DNA from: an uncultured delta proteobacterium
Lineage (GTDB): Bacteria > Desulfobacterota > Binatia > Binatales > Binataceae
Assembly (NCBI GenBank): GCA_963699705.1
Contig: CAVOUW010000002.1
Location: forward strand, 909,970-973,969
Direction of reading: 5' to 3'
Length of the DNA stretch: 64,000 nucleotides
Part shown: piece after piece, positions 8,294 to 18,349 of the stretch
How the letters are laid out: each line of letters opens with the position of its first letter
How positions within the stretch are numbered: the stretch's first letter is position 1
Notes under the pieces: generated by a model
Databases searched by the model: none
Told to the model about the DNA's origin: nothing
Seen by the model: the letters and a program-made list of their open reading frames with translations, nothing else
Program-made: the position numbers and the translations under genes

Positions 8294-11200
8294 ATGGTGT
8301 GGGTTTCAACCCGCTGGCTCAAATTGCGCCAGCGCGGAATTGCTCGATTTGTTTCGATTTCGATTGTTTTCCTGATCGGCTTCATCTGCACTGTCTCTGC
8401 TAGCGGAGCCTCGCTTGCATCGAATCGCGGGTCGATTCCTGAATGCATTGCATTTGCGAATGACTCGGCTTTTTCGCCGAAGACCGTCCAAGACACGACA
8501 CCAGACGTATGCCCGGACCCCAACGGCGATCCGCTTGGACCCGGCAACGCTTCTGCCGACCTCGTCGTGAAGAACGGTACCTGCATGGTGAATGCAGGCA
8601 CATACATGTACCACAACATCAACATCGTTAAAGGTGGAACGCTGCAGTTCAGCGACGCGAATATCACCCTCAATGCCGCCAACATCATCATCGAGAACCA
8701 GGGCACGATGCGCGCAGGCAGCGTCGATTCGACCAGCGGCGTTATAACACCGATTGCCGGGCCGCTCACGATTCACCTTTACGGAGCAAATCAAGGGCCG
8801 GGCGGAGCGGGAGCTAGCTGCACCGACCCGACGTGCGGGGTTCCCAATAGCGGCCCGAATGACGTCTGGCAATCAAACATGTCGATGAAGATGTACCCGA
8901 ACAGTTGCAAGACGACCAACGACCTGGGGGGTAGCGGTGTCAACGATTGCTTTTACCGATACGATCCGATGCCTTTCGACAACGGCAAGACTACCGGTGG
9001 GACTGGGGCATGTTCGGTTGGAGAGGGGAACTGCGGCTACTACGGCTACAAGGTCTTAGGTGTCGGCTATGGGGCGACGCTTCAGCTCTACGGAAAAAGA
9101 GGTGCGACTTACGATACGAAGGTTGATCCAACCAACACCGGCACGAGTTGGGTTCGCCTGAACAACTGCAATCCAGGGGTTAATGATCCATCCAAGCAGT
9201 GCAACAAGGGTGTGCTGCAGCCGGGCGCCAACACCTTGGTACTGTCGAAACCTGTGGACTGGCAGATGAATGATAACATCGTAATCGGATCGACCGACTA
9301 TTTGCCGGGCCATGCCGAACAGGTGCAAATCAGCTGCATCAACGATCTTGTGAAATGCCCCGGCAAGATTACCTTTACGCCGGCCTTGCGGTTTCCGCAT
9401 AACGCATCAGTTTACAGTCTCAGCAAGGTCCCAGCGGGACAGTTGCCAACTGGCTGGACGTCGGTGGACACTCGGGCGTCGGTAGCTCTGCTGACTCGCA
9501 GCATCCGTATCGACTCATATGGCGACGCGATAGGAACTCCCTTTCCGGATGCGCCAAGACCACCGATAACCCCTACTACCCAGGGATACTGGTTCGGCGG
9601 CCACATGGTAATCCGCCAGGGCTTCAAGCAGGTTCAAATCCAGGGAGTTGAGTTCTATCAGATGGGGCAGGGTGGGAAGATCGGTCACTACCCGGTGCAT
9701 TTTCACATGGCGCGCAAGGTCCCATCGACTACTTTTCTGAAAGACAACTCGGTCTGGGATTCGATGACTCGATGGTACGTCCTACACGCTACCCAAGGCG
9801 TGACGATGGCGCGCAACGTTGGGTATGCGTCGATAGGTCACGGCTATTACCTGGAAGATGGCACTGAGACCGATAACAAACTTTATGCGAACATTGGAAT
9901 CTTTGCGCGCGCGGCGGTCACGAACGCTCAAAATCCCCGGAACGTCCCCGGCATCCTGGCAGCTCCCGACTATCCGATCATTCAGCGTCCTCCCGAGAAC
10001 GGTGGCCCCTTGCAGACTGGCCCCTCCGACGACGTCGTCCCCTACCATACGGATTGGGACCATCCGACCGTGTTCTGGATCATGAACGGCTGGAACGATT
10101 TCGAGAACAACATGGCTGACGGAGCGGGCACCTGCGGTGTCTGCTACTGGCTGCTGCCGGGTATCAATAGCGGCGGTTCGCGCAGCATGAACTGGACGTC
10201 CTACGCATCCGAGCAACAGTTGCCGAACAAGCTGACTGATGGCGGTACCACGCCACTGCAGATCTTTACCGGCAACAGTTGCGTCTCCGCGATGTCTTCA
10301 TTTCTGACGGTCGCCAATACGACGGCTTGCAACGGCGTCCAAATCGGACCCAATCGGGACAATGCTGCGTTTCCGGTTTTGAACGAGTCGGCGGCGCTAC
10401 CCTCGTCGCCGGACTTCAACCTGGCCCCATCGTCAAAGAACATGCCGCCGGATAAAAACGGATTTGACACTGACAACTACTATCCGCATGTCGGCGGTGG
10501 CGGACGTTTCCCGACCAAATGCAATGGTACAGGAGATTGCAGCCAGCAAAAGATCTGTAGCACTCTGAATGAGTCTAATTGCGTAATCACCAACATCGAT
10601 CACTACACCAGCTCGTTCAATTGGCAGGCGACAAACTTTGCCGCAATCTGGCTGCGACCACTATGGTACTTGTTCATTAATAGCGCCCTTACGGATGTCC
10701 AGAACGGTGGAATTACCTTCGTGACCGGAGGCGGTTACACGAAATCCGACGCCATCAATGGACATTGGGCTCTCGCGCGCAAGGACATTTTTATAGGGAA
10801 CACCCAAGATCCCGCGGCCGACAGATTTGCGTCGAACGTCGGACCGTTCAACCCCGGGACCCAGCTAACGTGCGCGGAAGCAAAGGGCATCGGCAAGCCC
10901 GGCAACTATTGTCTCGACGAAGACAACGGCATTTCGTTCGCGCTGGCCACTTTCGCCAATAATCAGCGCATGTTCAGCATCTACGACGGGCCCGCTTACG
11001 AGGATTCCAACTCCTATCTCGATATCACGCGCGCGAATCTACCCAACGACCCGATCAAGGGATGCAACCCGCAACCTGATTCAGATCCGTCTCCCGACCA
11101 CAATTGCGCCAACAGCGTCTATTCGCAGGCGGGCAAGATGTTGGGGATGCCGTATGACTCGGTCAATAAGGTCTGCTATCTGCCTAATGCTGCCATTGCG

Positions 11201-12667
11201 TGGAAACAGCCGAACGGATTCTATTACCCGCCTGCATTTCACTCGGACAAGCTCTTTTTCGACAATGTCGATATTCGCCACTTCGTCATCGAACCATTGT
11301 TCAAGCCGACTGGCCTTTTTGTAACCGATCCAGTCCAGTCCAGAAATAGATACTGCACCTATGATCCGTCTATGTTCACCGGCTTTACCGACGTCGATCG
11401 GCAAACGGAGCTCAATGACGATGATGGAACCCTGACCGGTCTTATTGGTCCTGAAGCGCAGACCGGACTAGTAGGTTCAGTCTCAGTCAACCAGGACCCA
11501 TTTTTCAACGCACCCCTGCAGACTCCGGAGTGCCTGTCCGACGTGAACGTAACTCCTACGAACTCTGTTAGTAATCCGAAACTATACGAGGGCACTGCGG
11601 TTACGAGCCCTTACGACTATGTGACCACTGTGGTGTTTCCTAACTGTGCTGCCTCAGGAGGCCTGTGCACCGAACAGAACGAGCCGGGATCGCTCTCACC
11701 CTGGAGCGCAGACTGCACTAATCAAAATTGCTATGGAGTACCGCTGTACCGGGAAAACTTGATTCCCGGCGAGATCGAGACTTCGCCGAAAGGAGTCCCA
11801 ATCCGGTTGATGGGTCAGGCCACCTTCCAGAGAAGCAGTCTTACGGTCAATAACGGCAGGTATTACGTCGACACTAGCCCGAGCCTGACGGCGCAAAAGG
11901 CAGTTAATCCGCCGCAGAACAACATCAAGTTGTTCAACGTCTTCCGGAAGGGTGGAAAGTACTACGTGTTCCTTCTATTCGCCAAGGCTACGACCAAGCA
12001 GACCTACGACATATATGTCGGAACGGGTTTCAAAAAGACAGATATCGACCAGCTATGGCTTACGCGAGTACAGCTGCCTAGCTCTTACGAGTTCCAGACA
12101 CCGGAGCCATTTCCGCAAGACCTGGCGACCTACGACTCGACTACTGGCATCCTGACCGTAACGATGGACATGAGCAGGTTTCCTGGGTTCGCGACCCAAT
12201 ACGCCGCCGAGCAGAAAAACCAATGCCAACCGGCGACCTTCTGCCAATGGATCGACAGCCCGGAGATGGGTGAGGACAACTGTCAATGTGCGGACTCTAT
12301 ATTCTCGCCGCCGACGTCAACTTTTCAAACTGCCGAATGTACCAAGACTAACGGCATCTGCCACTGGGGCAGCGAGGATGTTAGCTGTCCCAAAGGCGGT
12401 TGCTACGGCTTTGGCGTCAAGCTCTCGGAAAATTTCGTGACTAGCGATACCCCTCCGAGCCCGGTACCGCAAAAGGTGGCGTGCTTGACCAAACCAACCC
12501 TACCGACGAAGTCACCCTACGACGTCGATTGGACTTTGACGACCAACAGCTCGACCTGTAACTATTCGTCGACAAACCCGTCAACCTTCTGCACCAATCC
12601 GAGCGGCGCCGGTCCTGATGATCCAGGTAATGGTTCTGACGCAATCGGGCCAGATGACTCAAACTGA
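8294..12667 (+). CDS. Giant secreted Cys-rich G8-domain / right-handed beta-helix protein (CEMIP/TMEM2/PKHD1-like)
   Basis: 1457 aa uninterrupted ORF; RBS ggggga; signal peptide; G8-like block (NAGTYMYHNINIVKGGTLQFSD…); beta-helix motif (GHYPVHFHM); dozens of Cys residues. Confidence 0.8.
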   Translation: MVWVSTRWLKLRQRGIARFVSISIVFLIGFICTVSASGASLASNRGSIPECIAFANDSAFSPKTVQDTTPDVCPDPNGDPLGPGNASADLVVKNGTCMVNAGTYMYHNINIVKGGTLQFSDANITLNAANIIIENQGTMRAGSVDSTSGVITPIAGPLTIHLYGANQGPGGAGASCTDPTCGVPNSGPNDVWQSNMSMKMYPNSCKTTNDLGGSGVNDCFYRYDPMPFDNGKTTGGTGACSVGEGNCGYYGYKVLGVGYGATLQLYGKRGATYDTKVDPTNTGTSWVRLNNCNPGVNDPSKQCNKGVLQPGANTLVLSKPVDWQMNDNIVIGSTDYLPGHAEQVQISCINDLVKCPGKITFTPALRFPHNASVYSLSKVPAGQLPTGWTSVDTRASVALLTRSIRIDSYGDAIGTPFPDAPRPPITPTTQGYWFGGHMVIRQGFKQVQIQGVEFYQMGQGGKIGHYPVHFHMARKVPSTTFLKDNSVWDSMTRWYVLHATQGVTMARNVGYASIGHGYYLEDGTETDNKLYANIGIFARAAVTNAQNPRNVPGILAAPDYPIIQRPPENGGPLQTGPSDDVVPYHTDWDHPTVFWIMNGWNDFENNMADGAGTCGVCYWLLPGINSGGSRSMNWTSYASEQQLPNKLTDGGTTPLQIFTGNSCVSAMSSFLTVANTTACNGVQIGPNRDNAAFPVLNESAALPSSPDFNLAPSSKNMPPDKNGFDTDNYYPHVGGGGRFPTKCNGTGDCSQQKICSTLNESNCVITNIDHYTSSFNWQATNFAAIWLRPLWYLFINSALTDVQNGGITFVTGGGYTKSDAINGHWALARKDIFIGNTQDPAADRFASNVGPFNPGTQLTCAEAKGIGKPGNYCLDEDNGISFALATFANNQRMFSIYDGPAYEDSNSYLDITRANLPNDPIKGCNPQPDSDPSPDHNCANSVYSQAGKMLGMPYDSVNKVCYLPNAAIAWKQPNGFYYPPAFHSDKLFFDNVDIRHFVIEPLFKPTGLFVTDPVQSRNRYCTYDPSMFTGFTDVDRQTELNDDDGTLTGLIGPEAQTGLVGSVSVNQDPFFNAPLQTPECLSDVNVTPTNSVSNPKLYEGTAVTSPYDYVTTVVFPNCAASGGLCTEQNEPGSLSPWSADCTNQNCYGVPLYRENLIPGEIETSPKGVPIRLMGQATFQRSSLTVNNGRYYVDTSPSLTAQKAVNPPQNNIKLFNVFRKGGKYYVFLLFAKATTKQTYDIYVGTGFKKTDIDQLWLTRVQLPSSYEFQTPEPFPQDLATYDSTTGILTVTMDMSRFPGFATQYAAEQKNQCQPATFCQWIDSPEMGEDNCQCADSIFSPPTSTFQTAECTKTNGICHWGSEDVSCPKGGCYGFGVKLSENFVTSDTPPSPVPQKVACLTKPTLPTKSPYDVDWTLTTNSSTCNYSSTNPSTFCTNPSGAGPDDPGNGSDAIGPDDSN

Positions 12668-12710
12668 AGGTATGTCCCTGGAATCGGCGCTGTCTGTCGA
12701 GCGGTGACGG

Positions 12711-13929
12711 ATGCGAAGTCGAGGAAGGTATTTTTCGGGGCTGCGGCTGAGGGTCCTTGCGGTGGTAGTAGCGCTGGGCTTCAGCCTTGGTGGATGCGAT
12801 GAGGGTAGCAGTCACTCGGCGAAGCCCGGTCCGAGACCGACGCCGACGGTCGCGCCGACTATCGCGCCGACGCCCACTCAGACTGCGACTGCTACTGCGT
12901 CCATTGCTCCGACAGCTACTCCCACTTCGACTCCGTCCAGGAGCGGTGGCCTTTGGGTGCCCAATCTCTTCGGACCCTCGGTAAACGAGTTCGATCCTCC
13001 TGCGCGCGCCGTCAGCGGTAACCCGCCTCCGCAATTCTCGAACGAAAGCCCGTTTCTGCTTTTGCCGGCGGGTTTGGCCTTTGATGGCTCGGAAAATCTT
13101 TGGGTCGCCAATTGCTCTGATTTTATATTGGGGACGGGCGCCATTGCCGAATTCACCGCCGCGCAGTTGGCGAACCTTGGCAACGACAGCACCCCGGATC
13201 CAAACACGACCCTGCTCGACGACGGATCGCTCACGATTCTTGGCTGCCCGTGGGGCGCGAAGTTCGACGCTGGCGGGTAATCTGTGGCTCACTAATCGGT
13301 TGATTCGCAACCTGGTGAGCTACAGTCCAGCTCAACTCGCCGTTGGCGGAGCTCTAACTCCCAACACATCGATAACTTCAACCTCCTTTGAGAGTCCCAG
13401 GGATATCGCTTTCGACGCGAGCGCAAACCTTTGGATTGTCGAGAATCAGAACCAGACAATTCTTGCGTATAAGGCAGCGACTCTCGCCGCGGCGCTAGGT
13501 CATTCAGGCCAGGTTAATCCCGATATCATTATTTCGTCGCCGAGTTTCGGCGACCCTCGCGCGATTGCATTCGATGGAAGCGGCGATCTTTGGCTCACCG
13601 ATGCGACCGGCAAATTGCTCGAGTTTGACGCCGCTGACTTGGGCATGAGCGGCACGCCGACACCAAAGGTGATAATCACGGCGACTCCGGTGCTAACACT
13701 CGATGGAATCGCCTTGAGCCTCGATTTTCCTGAGGGGGCCGCCTTCGATCCTGCGGGGAACCTGTGGGTTGCCAATCTCGAGAGTGACAACGCCGGCAGC
13801 CTGGCAGAATTCACGCCGGCGCAATTGGCGACATCGGGCAGCCCGTCGCCCGCGGTCTTCCTTGATTCAGACATCTTCGGAACCAACATCCATCAACCTT
13901 CGCTGCTGACATTTGGGCCGATTCCATAA
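12711..13929 (+). pseudogene. NHL-repeat-like beta-propeller lipoprotein with a PT-rich linker, split by a 1-nt indel at about 13277 (frame 0 covers 12711..13280; frame +1 continues to 13929)
   Basis: Lipobox LGGC; the motif FD..GNLW(V/L).N recurs five times, and the second copy is cut exactly at FDAGG*/NLWLTN by ggcgggTaatctg. Confidence 0.6.
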
Positions 13930-14146
13930 TAGTAAGTACATACTCACTTGGTATAGTCAGTAGCTAATTAGCGGGGCTAATTTGACATCCTTCAAGCAAA
14001 GGGCGTAAACTTTGAGTTGTCGGAATCGTAAAACGAATGGAGCCCGACTTTGATCCAGCCCGACCAGTGGCCCTTCTGCTCGCCTTTGACCACGCTCCGC
14101 TAGACCAACACAAATCGTAAGACATCAAGGCTTGAGGGAGACCCCA

Positions 14147-14515
14147 ATGGGACGACCTCGTATCCATTTTGTCCGGAACACTCTGGCCGCGATCAGTGTG
14201 GCTGGAGCGATGCTCCTCACGGTCGCGTCACCCGCAGCAGCCACACCATGGCAGCGAGCTTGGGGCGACTACGATAAGCAACAGCAATGGCATGACGCGA
14301 GTTGGTGGCTGCAGAACCAGCACGAATGGGTCATCTCGAATCATCCGGAATGGACTGAGAACTACGCGGCGACGCGCGGCCAAATCGGCGATTCCGACCG
14401 ATTCCACGGACGTCACTACGGCGACGGCGGCACCGATCGAACAAACGCGGCAGCACCGAACGAGAGACTAAAGGCGGCGACGAAAACCGGAGCGTCGATA
14501 AAAAACGCTTCGTAA
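14147..14515 (+). CDS. Small secreted hypothetical protein (Trp/His-rich)
   Basis: Signal peptide MGRPRIHFVRNTLAAISVAGAMLLTVASPAAA; 122 aa. Confidence 0.4.
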   Translation: MGRPRIHFVRNTLAAISVAGAMLLTVASPAAATPWQRAWGDYDKQQQWHDASWWLQNQHEWVISNHPEWTENYAATRGQIGDSDRFHGRHYGDGGTDRTNAAAPNERLKAATKTGASIKNAS

Positions 14516-14531
14516 ATTGCAAGGAAGAGAG

Positions 14532-14894
14532 ATGAAAACGATTAACTGTAAAAAAATGGCAATAACCTTTGGCGGAATCCTGATTGCGACTCTCGCCGCA
14601 GGCTGTTACGGCGGAGGATCGGGCTATTCCCACGGTGGATACGGTTATAATAGCAACTACAGCAGCTACGGAAGTTCTTATCCTTATAGTAACTACGATC
14701 GCGGATATTCGAATCCGCAAAGCTATGGAAATTCGTACAACGCCGGCTACCGAAATGGAGTACGAGCTAGTGCGAATAGCGACCGGCGCGAGGATCGCGT
14801 CACCAATCAGCGTGCCGTGCCAGTAGATCGAGATCGCGCTGTGGCACGTACTGAGACGACGCATACCAGCATCGATCGCACGGAAAGAAACTAG
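14532..14894 (+). CDS. Small Gly/Tyr/Ser-rich low-complexity lipoprotein
   Basis: Lipoprotein signal MKTINCKKMAITFGGILIATLAAGC followed by (GY/SY/NY)n low complexity. Confidence 0.45.
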   Translation: MKTINCKKMAITFGGILIATLAAGCYGGGSGYSHGGYGYNSNYSSYGSSYPYSNYDRGYSNPQSYGNSYNAGYRNGVRASANSDRREDRVTNQRAVPVDRDRAVARTETTHTSIDRTERN

Positions 14895-15517
14895 CTGTCT
14901 TCAGTTGCGGCGATAAACTCTGCAACCAGGACGATAGCCGCGCCTACGTTGTCGGCCTCGGTGCGGCCGCTGCGTGCGCGCGGCTTGAAAGAGTGATCGC
15001 CATCTTCGATCCATTCGATCCTGATCGCGGGCGATAGCTTGTAGCCGCTGATTTCTTCCGGACGGCCGAAGCTGTCGCGCGTTCCTTGCAGAATCAACGT
15101 CGGAGTCTGCAAAATCTCGAGATGCTTCGTGCGAGTCTTCTCAGGCTTGTTCGGCGGATGAAACGGATATCCGAGACATACCACGCCGAGAACCTTCGCG
15201 TCGTCAGCGACCATGCTCGCGATCCTGCCGCCCATCGATTTGCCGCCGATCACTAGCCCGCTGCCGCCACCTACCTGCTCGATCGCGTCGCGGAATGATT
15301 GCATCAGAATTCGCGGTGGATCCGGCGCTCCGCCTTTGCCGATTTCCCGCCGCCGTTGCATGTACGGAAATTCAAACCGGATCACACGAACGCCCGACGC
15401 CCCAACTCCTTCCGCGACGCGCTGCATAAACGCCGAATCCATCGGTCCGCCTGCGCCATGCGCAAACAAGAATGTTTTCGCTGCCGTTTTTGGTCCATCG
15501 ACAAGAATAGCCGCCAT
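14891..15517 (-). CDS. Alpha/beta-hydrolase (dienelactone hydrolase / KANL3-like) family protein
   Basis: 208 aa; GKSMGG nucleophile-elbow-like motif. Confidence 0.6.
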   Translation of the reverse strand: MAAILVDGPKTAAKTFLFAHGAGGPMDSAFMQRVAEGVGASGVRVIRFEFPYMQRRREIGKGGAPDPPRILMQSFRDAIEQVGGGSGLVIGGKSMGGRIASMVADDAKVLGVVCLGYPFHPPNKPEKTRTKHLEILQTPTLILQGTRDSFGRPEEISGYKLSPAIRIEWIEDGDHSFKPRARSGRTEADNVGAAIVLVAEFIAATEDS

Positions 15518-15606
15518 GATTGTTGATCATCGAACGGCCGCCGCGTCCACGCAACTGCAGACGGAGTGAGCGAAACCTGCGAAGGTATTCGCTCACTCCG
15601 TGGCTA

Positions 15607-16281
15607 TCATGCGTGCGCGGATGCCGGCTGCGACGACGCTCGCAGCGGCGCGGTCGCTTCGGAAAATTCCGCCAGGTAACGCGCGACGCTCGGCCGGTTG
15701 CTCATTCGCGATACCCATTTCGCGACGTTGCCGAACTCCGGGGTTGGCGCGCCTTCCATTAAGGACGCGATGTTAATCGGCGAGAAGCATGAAATATCAG
15801 CGACGCTAAATTCACCGCACAGGTATTCGCGCTTGCCGAGCTCGCGATCCAGCCGCTGATATTGGCGTGAAAGTTCGGCTTTTGAATGCGCGACCGCGGC
15901 AGCATCCCGCGTTGAGGGGTCGGGCTTCAACAGCACCTCGCGGACCAGCACGCCGAGGTTGGGCGCGAGCAGCGTGTCACCCAGATCCTCAAGCATCCTG
16001 CATCGCGCGCGCTCGGCGACTCCAGTAGGAAATAGCGCCAGCTTGGGCACGCGCTCGTCTAAGTACTCGAGGATGATCGTCGAGTCGTAGATCACTGCAT
16101 CACCATCGACGAGCACCGGGATCTGCGCTTTCGGATTAAGCCGCGGCAGTTCCTCGGGCTTGATCCATCCCGTGGCCGGCGTCCAATTGACCAGTTGGGT
16201 TTCGTGCGCGATCGCCTTCTCGAACATCGCGATCCGCGGCTTCGCGCTGTAAACGCTGAGAGGAGAGTAGTAGAGCTTCAT
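15607..16281 (-). CDS. Glutathione S-transferase
   Basis: N-terminal thioredoxin-like GST fold motifs (…IPVLVDGD…YDS…) and a C-terminal helical domain. Confidence 0.75.
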   Translation of the reverse strand: MKLYYSPLSVYSAKPRIAMFEKAIAHETQLVNWTPATGWIKPEELPRLNPKAQIPVLVDGDAVIYDSTIILEYLDERVPKLALFPTGVAERARCRMLEDLGDTLLAPNLGVLVREVLLKPDPSTRDAAAVAHSKAELSRQYQRLDRELGKREYLCGEFSVADISCFSPINIASLMEGAPTPEFGNVAKWVSRMSNRPSVARYLAEFSEATAPLRASSQPASAHA

Positions 16282-16314
16282 CGTTTGTCCTCCGTCCAGT
16301 TGAAATGTTGGAGA

Positions 16315-16740
16315 TCACTTTGGGGTTTCGCTCAGCAGCACCATCTGCGTTTGCGTGACGACCGCCAGCAGCTTGCCGTTCTCCGACGTCACCCGCGTCT
16401 GCCAGACCATCGTGCGCCGACCGCGATGTAGCGCGACGCACTCCGCCCGCACCGTCGTGCCGACCATCGCCGGACCGATGAAATTGGTCTTCGATTCGAT
16501 CGTCGTAGTCATCGCGCCGTCGCGCAGATTCAGCGAGGTCGCGCATCCCCCGAGCGTATCGGCCAGCGCCATCATCGCGCCGCCATGCAGAATCGCAGGC
16601 CGCGTGCACATATCGTCGCGAACCTTCATCGTTGCCGTTACACATTCGGGCGTCGCGCTGACAAATTTGATTCCAAGTAGTTTCGCGAACGGCAGCATGT
16701 CGCGGTTCAGCTGTTCGATTGCGTCCATAGAGGCCATCAT
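16315..16740 (-). CDS. PaaI-family hotdog-fold thioesterase
   Basis: 141 aa; HGG(A)…ALADT motif. Confidence 0.7.
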   Translation of the reverse strand: MMASMDAIEQLNRDMLPFAKLLGIKFVSATPECVTATMKVRDDMCTRPAILHGGAMMALADTLGGCATSLNLRDGAMTTTIESKTNFIGPAMVGTTVRAECVALHRGRRTMVWQTRVTSENGKLLAVVTQTQMVLLSETPK

Positions 16741-16854
16741 GCACTCGCCCGTCTGTGCGAGTGGACCATGTGCAGTTCCACTTTAAGAAATAATTAAGGA
16801 TCCACTTTTTCGGCCAAGGAGACCGTAGTACGTTCGTGTTTCGGAGGTGCGTAG

Positions 16855-18330
16855 ATGTTCCTGAAGCTCGATACGGACGGCGCTCTGTACGATCAGATTT
16901 ACCGGGCGCTTCGAGGCCAGATTCTGGGCGGGCGATTGCCTGCGGCTGCGCGCGTGCCGGCTACGCGCGACCTCGCGCTCGACCTGGGCGTCTCGCGCAA
17001 CGTCGCGATAATGGCGTATCGGCAATTGCTCGACGAAGGCTACCTGACCACGCGCAAGGGCGCCGGCACTTTCGTCGCGCGCGAACTTCCGCGTCATCTC
17101 ACGACCGCGGTCGCTCGACAGCGTCCTCGCGCCGCGCGGACTGTTGCACCCGTCCGTCTTTCGGCATACGCGCGCCGTGTGCGCGACGCTTCGCAGGGCG
17201 TGCAGTTCACCTGGGCGCCGCGACGCGACGTGCTGCCATATGATTTTCGCTATGGTCCGCCTTCGTTCACCGATTTTCCACACGAAACGTGGTGCCGCCT
17301 GTTAGCACGTCGCGCGCGACGCGTCACGATTCGCGATCTCGACTACGGCCCGGTGGAGGGATTGCCGGCATTGCGCGAAGCGATCGCCGAATATGCCGCC
17401 CGTGCCCGGGCTATCGCATGCACGCCTGAGCAGGTCCTCGTCGTCAACGGCTCGCAGCAGGCACTCGACCTTGCCGCGCGTGTGCTGGTCGATCCCGGCG
17501 ACGTCGTGCTGATGGAAGAGCCGCACTATCGCGGCGCGCGGACTGTAATGAGAGCGGCTGGCGCGAAGATCGAAACCATCGCGGTGGACGAGCATGGTCT
17601 GCGCACCGCCGAACTCGCACAACGCCGCACTCTCAGCCGCCTCGCTATCGTGACGCCGTCGCATCAGTTTCCAACCGGCGCCGTGATGCCGCTGGGGCGT
17701 CGGCTCGAGCTTCTCGATTGGGCGCGCCGTTCGGGGGCATGCATCTTCGAGGATGACTACGACAGCGAGTACCGCTACTCGGGTCGGCCTATCGAGGCGC
17801 TTGCCGCGCTCGATGACAGTGGATGCGTGCTGTACGCGGCGACATTCTCGAAAGTGATGTATCCTTCGCTGCGCCTGGGATACATGATTCTTCCGGAGGG
17901 GCTGATCGAGCCAATTCGGTCGGTCAAGGCGCTGATGGATACCGGCGGACCCAGTCTCGCGCAGGCCGCGCTGGTCGATTTCATCCGCGAAGGGCATTTC
18001 GAACGGCATCTGCATCGCACGAGGACACGCAATGCGAGCCGGCGCGCCGCCATGCTCGACGCGATCGAGCGTCACCTTGGCAGCCGCGCGCAAGTGTCAG
18101 GAATCAATGCCGGCCTTCACCTGATGCTGTGGTTGCGCGATCTGCCCGCCTCCAGGTCGCGCGAGTTGCGGATGCGCGCGGCGCGTGCCGGGGTAGGCGT
18201 GTATTCGATTGATCCATTCTATCTGAACCCGCCGAAGACGGTGGGACTGCTGCTGGGTTACGCGTCGATGCCGGAAAAGCAAATCGCCGAAGGTATCCGC
18301 CGCTTCGCCGCCGTCGTGAATTCTCTATGA
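16855..18330 (+). CDS. MocR/PdxR-type regulator: GntR HTH fused to a PLP-dependent aminotransferase domain
   Basis: N-terminal GntR wHTH (IYRALRGQI…LP…R.LA..LGVSRN.V..AY..L); C-terminal aminotransferase class I/II fold. Confidence 0.8.
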   Translation: MFLKLDTDGALYDQIYRALRGQILGGRLPAAARVPATRDLALDLGVSRNVAIMAYRQLLDEGYLTTRKGAGTFVARELPRHLTTAVARQRPRAARTVAPVRLSAYARRVRDASQGVQFTWAPRRDVLPYDFRYGPPSFTDFPHETWCRLLARRARRVTIRDLDYGPVEGLPALREAIAEYAARARAIACTPEQVLVVNGSQQALDLAARVLVDPGDVVLMEEPHYRGARTVMRAAGAKIETIAVDEHGLRTAELAQRRTLSRLAIVTPSHQFPTGAVMPLGRRLELLDWARRSGACIFEDDYDSEYRYSGRPIEALAALDDSGCVLYAATFSKVMYPSLRLGYMILPEGLIEPIRSVKALMDTGGPSLAQAALVDFIREGHFERHLHRTRTRNASRRAAMLDAIERHLGSRAQVSGINAGLHLMLWLRDLPASRSRELRMRAARAGVGVYSIDPFYLNPPKTVGLLLGYASMPEKQIAEGIRRFAAVVNSL

Positions 18331-18349
18331 GCGCGAAGTCGAATTCCAA

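Noticed and set aside
13930-14131. The AT-rich 200-bp spacer as a possible sRNA or mobile-element remnant
   Set aside because: There are no inverted repeats, no terminator-like hairpin and no repeat copies elsewhere in the window. It is most simply the promoter or leader region for the small secreted-protein genes.
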